From assembly GCF_006345805.1 (NCBI RefSeq), contig NC_043010.1, forward strand, positions 6,510,001-6,574,000: a stretch of DNA of 64,000 nt. The letters run 5' to 3'. This stretch comes from Octopus sinensis. Taxonomy: Eukaryota. Made by a program: the position numbers and the translations under genes. The notes beneath the pieces are model-generated. The model was given only the letters and a program-made list of their open reading frames with translations. It ran no database searches and had not been told where the DNA came from. Shown one piece after another: positions 51,700-64,000 of the stretch. Position 1 is the stretch's first letter. Each line of letters begins with the position of its first letter.

Positions 51700-52006
51700 T
51701 GGAGGGGCAATGGACCAGTGGTTAGGGCAGCGGACTCGCGGTTGTAGGATCACGGTTTCGATTCTCAGACCGGGTGTTGTGAGTGTTTATTGAGCGAAAA
51801 CACCTAAAGCTTCATGAGGCTCCGGCAGGGGGGTTGTGGCGATCCCAGCTGTACTCTTTCGCCACAACTTTCTCTCACTCTTTCTTCTGTTGGCCTGCTT
51901 GCTTAGCCAGCGGGGTGGCATCATTTGAAGGCTAAAAAACAATGCAAAGCGCATTGTGACCAGTGATGTGTAGCAACATCTGATAGCCTGGTCGATCACA
52001 GTGACT
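51700..52006 (+). mobile_element. Third tRNA-derived SINE (SINE-C)
   Basis: Head GGGGCAATGGACCAGTGGTTAGGG...GGTTTCGATTCTC with A and B boxes, followed by about 230 bp of non-tRNA body. Confidence 0.7.
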
Positions 52007-52881
52007 CCCTAAAAAATACGTTACTGCTCTAATACTTTAGAAAGTGCTTCTCTTTCAGATATGTGAACTACCGATGGTATATATATATATATATATATAT
52101 GGCATTTTAACTACTGTTTCTTAAAAAAAATTGTTGTAGAAAGAAAAAAAGAAAGAAAGAAGGAGAGAAAGAAAGAAAGGAACAAGGAAGGAAAGGAAGA
52201 AAGAAAGCTCTGACAGAAATATTTCTCACAATTTTGTATATACATAATTGGGCTAAAATGATCAAAATATTCAGAATAAAGAAATCAGAAACATAAATTT
52301 CACATACTTAATTATGTATGTTAATTATGTAATTATGGAATTAATGATGCTTATGTTAATCAAACAGCTGTTCAGCAAAATCAAATTATGAACTGTTTGT
52401 GACATTTATGCTTTATATCATTTGTACACACATATATATATATATGTGTGAGTGTGTGTGTGTGTATATATATGTACACACACACATATATATTTGTGCG
52501 TGTGTGTGCGTGTGTGTGTGTGTGTGTGTGTATACACATACATATATTTTTAGAAAGGGAGACAGGAATAGCTGAAGATCTTTGTTTTGGACATGACACC
52601 ATATCCAATACATCCAGTTGTAGAAACAAAACCAAAGAGGAAAGGCACAGTTGAGATGTAGTAAGACCTGATTGAAACCATAACAACCCATCTAACCCAT
52701 GCCTGCATAGAAAGTAGATGTAAAATACATGCAAGTACATCTCCGTAAAAAAATAACATTATTTAAGAAAATCTTGGCTCATACACTTTTTAAAAGACCG
52801 AATGGTCTCGGCTGGAATGACTTTAATATTTTGTTTGCCCGATCAGAGTCGATTTAGATTTAAACAATTTAAATTTAAACA

Positions 52882-53228
52882 AGGCGCAGGAGTGGCTGTG
52901 TGGTAAGTAGCTTCTGCTATAGCCTCGGGCCAACTAATGCCTTGTGAGTGGATTTGGTAGACGGAAACTGAAAGAAGCCCGCCATATATATGTATATATA
53001 TATATATGTGTGTGTGTGTTTGTGTGTCTGTGTTTGTCCCCCTAGCATTGCTTGACAACTGATGCTGGTGTGTTTACATCCCCGTCACTTAGCGGTTCAG
53101 CAAAAAAGACCGATAGAATAAGTACCGGGCTTACAAAGAATAAGTCCCGGGGTCGATTTGCTCGACTAAAGGTGGTGCTCCAGCATGGCCGCAGTCAAAT
53201 GACTGAAACAAGTAAAAGAGTAAAGAGA
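52882..53228 (+). mobile_element. SINE-A with a deletion in the head
   Basis: Consensus match. Confidence 0.9.
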
Positions 53229-53483
53229 GTAATTATAACAATATCTATTTTCGTAGCTCTACGCAGATATTCTTTTCCTTTCTTGCAACCGTTCAGATAT
53301 AAGTAAGGGAGGTAATTGTTGTCAGCTAAAATCAGAGTTGCGTCCCTTACACCATAGACACAATAATGTCTGCAGTTAGTTTTGCACACTGGTAAATTTC
53401 GTCCGTTGGCTATTTGTGTAATCAAACAACTGCACGTTATTTTCTTTGATCATATTCTCCTGATTTTGGATGTTTAGGCTGAT

Positions 53484-54298
53484 AATACAGATATGCAACG
53501 GAAGAAAACTTTGCTTCTCCAGCGTTAACAATGACAGTTACTTTTTCACTAGTCTCATTCAGACTTAAAAGGAAGTTTCTATACTGAGATGGAAAGCTAG
53601 AAATCTTTATATATAAAAGAGAGGTTGTCTGTCTGTCTCCTACGATTTAGATTCCTAACTACTCCCACATTTTGCAGTACAGTTTAACCAAAACCGGGTA
53701 TCTTATAGTCGTGATTCATATCAAGCCCTTCTGGGTATTAGCGCACGTCTACGATGAGTCTACGATTTAGAAAAAAATTTACCATAATTTTTTCCATTTT
53801 AATGCATTTTTTTCGCTATTATATAAGGGAAGTAACTCTCTAAAAATGTCTACGATGAGTCAACGATTTTTAAAAATATTTACTATAATTTTTTTTCTAT
53901 TTTTAATGCCTTTTTTGCTATTTTTTGGCTATAACTCTCTAAAAATGCTTATATAGTTATTTCCCTTACAAACCCGAGCAACGCCGGGCGATACTGCTAG
54001 TAACTGCTAAATATTACCTCATTGTCTTAAAAAGGGAACGAGGAATCGTCTTCATCATCGTCATCATCATCACGATCATCATCACCATCATCATTTTAAT
54101 GTCTACGTTTCTATTGCCTGCATAGCTCACATGGTATTCATTGAGCTTGGGTTTTCTGCAACTGAAAGCCTTTCCTTTCTCCAGCCCTCTCTTGTTTTAG
54201 AAGCAAGGTGCAATATTTTCCCTTGGTTGGACATCATGGAAAATTGGAAACAAATGACACTGCTGCAATGATTGTGACACTTATGACGAGGAAGTACA

Positions 54299-54355
<57 letters not shown>

Positions 54356-54677
54356 TTGGTGGTGGTGGTGGTGGTGGTGATGATGATGATGATGATAATG
54401 ATGATGGTGGTGGTGGTGGTGGTGGTGATGATGATGATGATGATGACGACGACGACGATGATGATGATGATGATTATGATGATGATGACGATGACGACGA
54501 CGACGAAGACAATTCCTCGTTCCCTTTCTAAGACTATGAGGTAATATTTAGCAGTTTTTTCTAGCTTTCCATCTCAGTATAGAAACTCCCTTTTAAGTCT
54601 GAATGAAACTAGTGAAAAAGTAACTGTCATTGTTAACGCTGGAGAAGCAAAGTTTTCTTCAGTTGCATATATGTATT
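53484..54677. repeat. Long inverted repeat (about 170-200 bp arms); left arm split by a Helitron
   Basis: 53484-53603 plus 54001-54050 is the reverse complement of about 54505-54677. Confidence 0.88.
53604..54000 (+). mobile_element. Non-autonomous Helitron H1
   Basis: A|TC...CTAG|T; the empty site is preserved in the opposite inverted-repeat arm. Confidence 0.93.
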
Positions 54678-54902
54678 TTAAATTTAAAATTTAAATTAAT
54701 TTAAATTTTAAATTAATCCTGCATTTATCTTGTAGCTTTGAGATTTTGATGAAGTAACAATTCATTTTTAGAACTATATAGTAGGGCTGGTATAAGAAGC
54801 CAGATCTGGCCAATTTGAACTTAAAACTGGGGAGAATATTTTGGCCGGATATGGCCGGTTTAAATGCTAAAAGGGTTTAAAAGACAGAATGGTCTCGGCT
54901 GG

Positions 54903-55300
54903 CCCCTGAGCCTCGCTTGGCCCCCGTGCCGGTGGCACGTAAAAGCACCGTCTGTTCGTGTCTGTTGCCAGCCTCGCCTGGCCCCGTGCCGGTGGTACGT
55001 AAAAGCACCATCCGTTCGTGTCCGTTGCCAGCCTCGCCTGACTCCCGTGCCGGTGGCACGTAAAAGCACCATCCGTTCGTGGCCGTTTGCCAGCTCTGTC
55101 TGGCACCTGTGTGAGTGGCACGGAAAAAGCACCCACTACACTCACGGAGTGGTTGGCGTTAGGAAGGGCATCCAGCTGTATACACTGCCAGATCAGACTG
55201 GGCCTGATGCAGCCTTCTGGCTTCACAGACCCCAGTTGAACCGTCCAACCCATGCTAGCATGGAGAACGGACGCTAAATGATGATGATGATGATGATGAT
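54903..55300 (+). mobile_element. RTE-3'UTR-derived element with TSD
   Basis: 16-bp TSD GAATGGTCTCGGCTGG at 54887-54902 and 55301-55316; (GAT)n tail. Confidence 0.92.
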
Positions 55301-55501
55301 GAATGGTCTCGGCTGGAATTACCCTAATATTTTGTCTGTATGATCACTATTAGTCATGTATTGACCATCTTTGCTGGCAGTAACTCGTTATAATATATAA
55401 TAAATCTTCGTCAGTATTCATATGATCATAAATTTTTGGACACTTAATCTTGTCATAAAAGATGAAGCATTCATTAAGAATTACATCTATACATCTATAC
55501 A

Positions 55502-55908
55502 GCGCAGGAGTGGCTGTGTGGTAAGTAGCTTGATTGCCAACCATATGGTTCTGGGTTCAGTCCCACTGCATGGCATCTTGGGCAAGTGTCTTCTGCTATA
55601 GCCTCGGGCCGACCAAAGCCTTGTGAGTGGATTTGGTAGACGGAAACTGACAGAAGCCTGTCATATATATGTATATATATATGCATGTGTGTGTTTGTGT
55701 GTGTGTGTTTGTCCCCCTAGCATTGCTTGACAACCGATGCTGGTGTGTTTATGTCCCCATTACTTAGCGGTTCGGCAACAGAGACTGATAGAATAAGTAC
55801 TGGGCTTACAAAAGAATAAGTCCCGGGGTCGAGTTGCTCGATTAAAAAGGCGGTGCTCCAGCATGGCCGCAGTCAAATGACTGAAACAAGTAAAAGAGTA
55901 AAAGAATA
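55502..55908 (+). mobile_element. SINE-A, full length
   Basis: Consensus match. Confidence 0.9.
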
Positions 55909-56754
55909 AATCTATTCAGTTGGTCTGGTGTCCGTTCCTTATCAGCTGTCTCGTTCATGTATGTGTATATTGTACCAAGTAACACGGCTACTTTTAGTGT
56001 AAAATGAATCTAAAACAACCAGAAACAAATGTAACCTTAAATGTATAAGTTATGTGAAAGCAGGTGGCCTAGTAGTTTAAATTTAAATGTTGGAGTGAAT
56101 CTAACGGTTTTTGTGTGTTTCTTAAATGGCTTATAAAAAACCTTCCACGCTGCAATTGTTTTTGTTCCAGCACATGATCTCAGATCAAGTCACTTGCTAT
56201 GCAAGTACATCTCCGTAAAAAAATAACATTATTTAAGAAAATCTTGGCTTATACACTCTTTAAAAGACAGAATGGTCTCGGCTGGAATGACTTTAAAATT
56301 TTGTTTGCCCGATCAGAGGATCATAACATTGTGGTTTCAATTCCTAAACTTGACAGTACATTATATTTTTGAGAAAAACACTTCATTTCGAAATCCAATT
56401 GATGAAAATGAGTTGCAGCAACAACTGGGAATAACCTTATAAGGGACTGGCTTCCCTTTATAAGGGACTGGCTCCCCATTCAGGATTGACTGTTGTGTTT
56501 TTAGTTGCTTATATGCCACAGAAACTGAATTAAGGTTTGGTGTAATGAGACCGAGGGATTGTGACTTATCTGAGATCTAAGGCTAAGAAATAAATATACA
56601 TTAGTAAAATGGTCAATAAGAGCATTACCACCATCTGTTTAGAAATAAAGACCCCTAGTTCAAATTCAGCCTAGTATTATGCGCTTATCCAGGGATAAGT
56701 GTCCTCATTATCACTGAAAAATCAAACTGATCAAAATGCTGCATAGTTATTAGT

Positions 56755-57125
56755 CATCTTCATTATCATCTTTGTCATCATCTTCGTCACTGTCATCATC
56801 TCCATCATTGTCGTCGTCATCATCATTATCATCATTGTTGTTAAATAACATCTTTATTGTCATCATCATCATTGTCATTGTCGGCATTGTCGGCGTCGGC
56901 GTCAGCATCAACGGCATTGGCAGCGTTGTAGTCATCATCGTCGTCATCATCATCATCGCCATCGCCATCGTCATCGTCATCGTCATCGCCATCATCGTCA
57001 TCATCATCATCATCGTCATCGACATCATCATCATCATCATCACCATCATCATCATCATCGTCGTCATCGTCATCATCATCATCATCGCCATCATCCTCAT
57101 CATCACCATCATCATCATCATCTTT
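56755..57125. repeat. Imperfect (CAT/CGT)n microsatellite
   Basis: Direct inspection. Confidence 0.92.
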
Positions 57126-57846
57126 TAACATCTGTCTTCTATGGGTCGCAGTTTGACATGGTCCAGCGAGTGAGAGGATTGAGTCACGCCCCAATGTCTT
57201 CTTTGGCATGGACTCCACAGCTGGTTGCCCTTCCTCATGCCAACCACTTTACAGCATGTAACTGAATGCTTTTTACAAGGCACAAGCAGCAGTAGCGAAA
57301 TCATCATGTAGCTCGCAAGACTAAGATCCCCACCATTGACTGAATGGAGATTACGGCACAGAGGGGAGCAGCTTTATACTAGGAGAGTACAGGAAGGGGC
57401 CAGAATAAGTTTCTTGCCACAGAAGAGTTAAATGGCTTATTAAAAAAAAAAAAAAAAGGTTTGGTTAATCAGCTGTAACATAACCTTATTAATGAGACCC
57501 TTATTAACAATAATTCAGCTCAGAGATTTAGAGACATTTCTTTATTAATATTAATTCTTTAGCTGTCTCAACTGATTATAATTATAATTCAGTTTACTTC
57601 ATTAGTAGTCTTAATTATCTCAATTAGTAATACTGCTTTAACTGTATTCGTTAGAAATCAATATGTTAGTTATTTCCAAATGTCGTCACGACTCAAACTT
57701 AATGATTCCAGTTAATTATTAAAAATTAATTATGTTTAGTTTTCTTTACAGTTTGATTATTGCACTAATCAACACTCGATAATCATGGACTTACAAGTTA
57801 AAGTTACACCTATTCTATCACTCTTTTCGATTACTATTCCACTAGT

Positions 57847-58026
57847 AAGGCGCAGGAGTGGCTGTGTGGTAAGTAGCTTGCTAACCAACCACATGGTTCC
57901 GGGTTCAGTCCCACTGAGTGGCATCTCGGGCAAGTGTCTTCTGCTATAGCCCCAGGCCGACCAATGCCTTGTGAGTGGATTTGGTAGACGGAAACTGAAA
58001 GAAGCCTGTCGTATATATGTATATAA

Positions 58027-58058
<32 letters not shown>

Positions 58059-58292
58059 TTGTGTGTGTGTGTTTGTGTGTTTGTGTTTGTCCCTCTAGCA
58101 TTGCTTGAAAACCGATGCTGGTGTGTTTACATCCCTGTCACTTAGTGGTTCGGCAAAAAGAGACCGATAGAATAAGTACTGGGCTTACAAAGAATAAGTC
58201 CCGGGGTCGATTTGCTCAACTAAAGGCGGTGCTCCAGCATGGCCGCAGTCAAATGACTGAAACAAGTAAAAAAGAGTAAAAAAAAAAGAGTA
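57847..58292 (+). mobile_element. SINE-A, full length
   Basis: Consensus match. Confidence 0.9.
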
Positions 58293-58518
58293 GTGTCTAC
58301 CTTCCTGAATCTGTTGATTCCACTTGACTCCCTTTGTGTCGGGAAACTAGTAGCAGAGTCATTAGACCATTGGATAGAAAGCTTTAGTGGTGTTTTGTTG
58401 TGATTGTTGGTTGTCTGAGCTCAAATGCTGCTGAGGTCAACTTTGCCTCTTATCTTTTTCAGAGATAATAAATAAGTATCCATCCAGTGCAGTGGATTGG
58501 CAGAACAGAGAAAAAGGG

Positions 58519-58882
58519 AAGGCGGTGAGCTGGCAGAAACGTTAGCACACCGGACAAAATGCTTAGCGGTATTTTGTCTGCCACTACGTTCTGAGTTCAA
58601 ATTCCACTGAGGTCGACTTTGCCTTTCATCCTTTCAGGGTCGATTAAATAAGTACCTGTTACACACTGGAGTCAATATAATCGAGGGCACAAACAAGGAC
58701 AGACAAACGGATTAAGTCGATTACATCGATCCCCAGTGCGTAACTGGTACTTATTTAATCGACCCCGAAAGGATGAAAGGCAAAGTCGACCTTGACGGAA
58801 TTTGAACCCAGAACGTAACGGCAGACGAAATACGGCTATGCATTTCGCCTGGCGTGCTAACGTTTCTGCCAGCTCGCCACCT
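58519..58882. mobile_element. Two SINE-B copies fused tail-to-tail
   Basis: Plus copy 58519 to about 58683, minus copy about 58684-58882; both 3' truncated. Confidence 0.88.
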
Positions 58883-59712
58883 AAATACTAATTACCATAT
58901 TGTTTTATTCAATGTTCCTCTGATTCTGCCAATCCACTGCTCTCAAAATTATTATTAATTATTAGAAATTATGAGAAATTTTAATTATACAGGCTAATAC
59001 TCACTGGGATGTGGTGAGACTTTTAAGTTTAGTCTCGAAAACAACATGCAACTCTTTTAGTTTTGTTCACCTTTCTTCACATCAAAAAAATACTTTTGGT
59101 ATAAACAGTTCTTACCTGTCTCTGATCCTTTCAAAAGAGCATTTAACCGAAAATTTTTGTGAGAGGTTTTCTTTTCTTTTTTTTTGTGAATGGCTGATTT
59201 GTTATACAATGTATTAATGAGTTTTATCTGAAGCAGCAAAGTCACATAAATTAGGGTCATACCCCAATTCATGCATCGTTATTAATAAACCCAGAGATGT
59301 TCAAATGCTCAAATGTTAATGTTTAAAATCCTGGGAAAGAAGAAATAAATCAAAAGTATGAGTTTGTTTCACAGATGATATGTAGATGCGTAAAAAGGGT
59401 TGGAGAGATTTTTGAGAACAGGGATTGCATTTTAAATGAATGTCAATTGCATGCATATAGGGTTGGTGTATATAAATATTTAGATTCAGAGCTACATACA
59501 CACACACACACACAAGCGCGCACTCGCATACACACACACTCACATGCATAAAGACATATATACATACACCTACATATGCATATATATATATACACACACA
59601 CACACATGCGCGTGTGTGCGCATGCATGCATACATACATACATACATACATACATATAGACATACATACATACATACATATATACATATACATACATACA
59701 TACATACATACA

Positions 59713-59744
<32 letters not shown>

Positions 59745-59773
59745 CATACATACATACATATACATACACCTAC

Positions 59774-59810
<37 letters not shown>

Positions 59811-59812
<2 letters not shown>

Positions 59813-60909
59813 GGGTGCAGGGAATAAATTGTTGTCTAAATTACACAAAAATGAAAATAACACTAACATCTCATTTTAACAGATATATTTACCAAAATTA
59901 CATAAAAATATCTTGAAATACTGAAGAGTAAATTTATTCAATAAAATTGCCATTGGCTTCAATCATGGACTCCAGATGGCTTCAGAATCTCCAGCAACTC
60001 TTCCGAAGGGTCTCCTTGTTTAAGTTGCTGAATGCTACCATAATCCTTACTTTCAGTTCATCTTTGGTGTTACAAGGAGTTTGGATGATCTCTCACTCAA
60101 CTGCACCCCACACATAATAGTCAAGGGGCTTGCAGTCTGGGGAGTTAGGTGGCCAGACATTAGGGGTGATGTGATCGCAGAAACTGACAGCCACGACTGG
60201 GTTCTCCTGCTTGTGTGGCATGGTGCTGAGTCCTGTTGCCAGATATAGGGTCTTCCAGCAGTCACCCTCTTCACTTAGGGCAGCACTATTTCCTCCAGGT
60301 GCTTAATGAAGGCCTCGTTGTTGAGTGTGAGGTTGTGTGGGAAGCTGAATGGAGGCATAACATCACCATCACTAATGATCATTCCAAACACCATGATGTT
60401 GACTGGATGTTTGATTTTTGTCACTCTCAGTACATACTTTAGGGACATGACAAGCAAACAGTAGTTCTGTGTGTTAACCATCTGATCCTAGCAGAAATAT
60501 TTCTTGCCTGAGAAAAACCAAATCATGTTCAGTTGGTAGGGATGCTTGAGTTTGTTCAAAAGCTTTGTAGCACAATCTTTTCCCTTGTCTTTGATGGCTT
60601 GGGATAAAGACTGGCCCCTTTCTCATCTTGTATGATGAATACCAAATGTCTTCATGCACTACCTGCCTGATAAGAAACTCAGATGCTCCCCATGTTCCTG
60701 GTGATGGACCTGATTAACTTGAATTCCAAGCAGTACAGCATGTCGTTTCCAAATTTCTGGTAAAGTGAATTGCATCATGGTGCTGTTTTTCTCACAAACG
60801 GTGCCCAATTGACCCTACTAAACTGTGTAGCCAACAAAACCAAAAACAAACAATGCACATGGGTGAAATTAAAAATATAAAATGGTGACAATTTACCTTT
60901 CATACACTG
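59811..60909 (-). mobile_element. Decayed Tc1/mariner transposon, probably DD37D (maT)
   Basis: Minus strand IMVFG.I.SDG..MPP..F...YIWQQDSAPCHTS...WPPNSPDCKPLDYYVWGAVE; ends CAGGGTG...TAAATTGT / ACAATTTA...CACTG|TA are imperfect TIRs. D37D spacing requires restoring a 4-nt deletion. Confidence 0.8.
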
Positions 60910-61281
60910 TATATATATATATACGTGCACACACACACACACACACATATCATATTTATATATACATACATGCATACATATATATGTAAATGCATACATG
61001 CAAGCACACATATATGTATATGTATGCGTATGCGTATGGGCTGTCCATAAATTATCTTTACAGCTTTCAAGTGAGATACTTCAATGATCTTCATTGCAGC
61101 CTGCAATAGAGTGCTCTTCCATTTGTAATAAAACTCTATTGGTTTGCCTATGCTTCTTTCCATTAAACTCTACTGAGTTGACCTAATTTTTTGATTTTTC
61201 CTGAATTTTTCAAAATTGTAAAGATAATTTATGGACACTCTCTGTATATATATATATACACACACATATACACACACACAA

Positions 61282-61335
<54 letters not shown>

Positions 61336-61649
61336 TATACTGGGAGAAAGGAAAGAAACGAAACGAAACGACGCGAGGGCGCTCAGTCATACAATAATGT
61401 AATAAATAAAATATATGCATACATACAAACATATATGTACGTACCTACATCTACATGTATATATACATGCATATATATATATATATATATGTGTGAGTAC
61501 AGGACACCACAAATATATATATATATATATATATATACATGCACACACACACACATATATGTAAATATGCATATATATATATATGTGCATGTATGTCTAT
61601 GTGTGTATTTTGAGAGGCAGAGAGAGAAAGCGAGAGAAGTATATTTATG

Positions 61650-62110
61650 TATATATGTATGTATGCATGCATGTATGTATGTATGTATGTATGTATGTAT
61701 GTATGTATGTATGTATGTATGTATGTATGTATGTATGCATGCATGTATGTATGCATGCATGTATGTATGTATGATGTATGCATGTATGTATGTATGCATG
61801 TATGTATGCATGTATGTATGTATGTATGCATGCATGCATGCATGCATGTATGCTTGTATGTATGTATATATGTATGTATACATGTATGTATGTATGTATG
61901 TATGTATGCATGCATGCATGCATGCATGTATGCTTGTATGTATGTATATATGTATGTATACATGTATGTATGTATGTATGTATGTATACATGTATGTATG
62001 TATGCATGTATGTATGCATGTATGTATGTATGTATGCATGCATGCATGCATGCATGTATGCTTGTATGTATGTATATATATATGTATACATGTATGTATG
62101 TATGTATGTA
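61650..62110. repeat. Compound (TATG/CATG)n microsatellite
   Basis: Direct inspection. Confidence 0.95.
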
Positions 62111-63019
62111 TTAGTCTTAATTTCAAAATCTTCTCAAGTAGTTTCCATAGTATTTATTGGAGGCACATAGGTACATTGTAATGTGATTGCAAGATGTTAG
62201 AGGTAGATAGATTTATTTGTTTATTTGTTCATCAAATCACTTAGACTTTTAATAAACCAAAGATAGAATATATGCATCTTTTTTTTTTTTTTTTTTTACA
62301 GCGACATATTTTTTTAAAGATTTCATTAGTTTGTACATTCATTTTAAAAAGAAAAACAACACTGCTTACAAGGTGTGTATATTATTACTATCTGCTGTAT
62401 TAGTACTATCCTACAGCTTCTCTGAAGCAAGTGATAGTATTTAGATATTTTCCAGAATAGCTTAAATTATATATTTCTTAATTAATTGCTGCTTTGCTTT
62501 ACAGTACTTCAGAAATTAAATTTTTTTTTTTTTTTTCTTTTTTAAATTTTCCTTTCAACATTTCTTCATATGAGAAATTCAAAGATTTTCACCAGCCTTT
62601 ACAGTTCATTAATGATTAATCTGAAAAGATATTTTAAAAAATAATTTATATACAGTAACCCGAAAGAAAAAAAAAAAAAATGCAAGTAAAAAAAAGCGAC
62701 ACAAACAGAACGAAGGGAAATCAACAGTAAAGTAACAATATTATTAATAGTTCGTTTTATCTTTTTAAACAGTTTCTGTCATTATTCAATTGGAAAAAAA
62801 ATGAATAAAATATGTTCATTAAAATTGCCATTTTTTTTTTTCCTTCCTGGATTAATTTTCAAAAGAATCAATAATAAAGAAATTTTATTTTCATTTTACT
62901 TCAACGCTGTCAGTTCTGAGATTCTTTTGAGTTCAATTTAAATGTTTGAAAAGTAGTAATTTTTATAAAATTGGAACAGAAATTCCTAAGCTTAATAATA
63001 CATGTCGTAAAGAAATGTA

Positions 63020-63925
63020 TGAGTCTGAAATAATTGCTATGTATCATAAACCATAACCATCAACTGTTTAAAATAATTACGGTGTATCATAAGCCATAAC
63101 CGTCGTCATTTTAAAATAATTACTGTGTATCACAAACCATAACCATCATTAGTTTAAAATAATTACTCTGTATCAGAAGCCATAACCACCATCAGTTTAA
63201 AATAGTTACTCCGCATCATGAACCATAACCGTATTCATTTTAATATAATCACTTTGTATCACAAGCCATAGCCATCATCAGTTTAAAATGACTCCTCTGA
63301 ATCACAAACCATAACCACCATTAGTTTAACAATGTTTACTTTGTATCAGAAGCCATAACAATCATCAGTTTATCAGAAGCCATAACCATCATCAGTTTAA
63401 AATAACTACTTAGTATCACAAGCCATAAATATCATCATTTTAACATGATTTCTTTGTATCACAAGCCCTGGCAGAAACGTTAGCGCGCAGGGCGAAATAC
63501 ATAGCAGTATTTCGTCTGCCGTTACGTTCTTAGTTCAAATTCTGCCGATGTCAACTTTGCCTCTCATCCTATCAGGGTTGATAAATAAAGAACCAGTTAC
63601 GCACTGGGGTCGATGTAATCGACTTTGTCCCTTTGTCTGTCCTTGTTTGTCCCCTCTATGTTTAGCCCCTTGTGGTTAGTAAAGAAATAGGTATTTTGTC
63701 TGCCGCTACGTTCTGAGTTCAAATTCCGCCTAGGTCAACTTTGCCTCTCATCCTATCAGGGTCGATAAATAAAGAACCAGTTACGCACTGGGGTCGATGT
63801 AATCGACTTTGTCCCTTTGTCTGTCCTTGTTTGTCCCCTCTATGTTCAGCCCCTTGTGGGCAATGAAGAAATATATCATCAGTTTAAAATAATTGCTGTG
63901 TGTCATAAACCATAGCCATCATCTT
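63020..63925. repeat. 43-bp minisatellite (about 12 diverged units) interrupted by a SINE-B dimer
   Basis: Unit starts at 63041, 63084, 63127, 63170, 63213, 63256, 63299, 63343, ...63413, 63456; resumes after 63871. Confidence 0.9.
63468..63871 (+). mobile_element. SINE-B head-to-tail dimer, 5' truncated
   Basis: Second body restarts at GGTATTTTGTCTG; the two bodies share private variants (CTCTCATCCTATCAGGG, AAAGAACCAG). Confidence 0.9.
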
Positions 63926-64000
63926 TGCATGTGCGTGTGCACGTGAACTGCATATATTTCTGCATGTCTTTGCATTGACATATGCAAACTCTTCCTGTTG

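Noticed and set aside
51700-51775. tRNA gene (also the heads of SINE-A and SINE-B)
   Set aside because: A and B boxes are present but there is no complete cloverleaf, and each continues into a SINE body.

Overview
An AT-rich, repeat-saturated eukaryotic window. The SINE families and microsatellite load suggest an octopus or other cephalopod genome (inference, not verified). No host protein-coding exon, rRNA, genuine tRNA or CRISPR array can be supported, and most long ORFs in the track are translations of microsatellites or tandem repeats. The recognisable coding sequence is all decayed transposable element: a 5'-truncated R4/Dong-type LINE inside (TAA)n, an RTE LINE, CR1-like LINE 3' ends, a Helitron PIF1 helicase fragment, a probable DD37D (maT) Tc1/mariner transposase and a mariner C-terminus. 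Non-coding elements include many copies of two tRNA-derived SINEs (here called SINE-A and SINE-B), an RTE-3'UTR-derived family with internal tandem arrays, seven non-autonomous Helitrons and several MITEs. The most interesting signal is ten type-I hammerhead-ribozyme-like motifs from several Penelope-like short elements. Five of these belong to one family in which the conserved core A6 is replaced by U (CUGUNGA). Others have long structured stem II insertions or sit next to fold-back inversions. Coordinates of degenerate elements are approximate.
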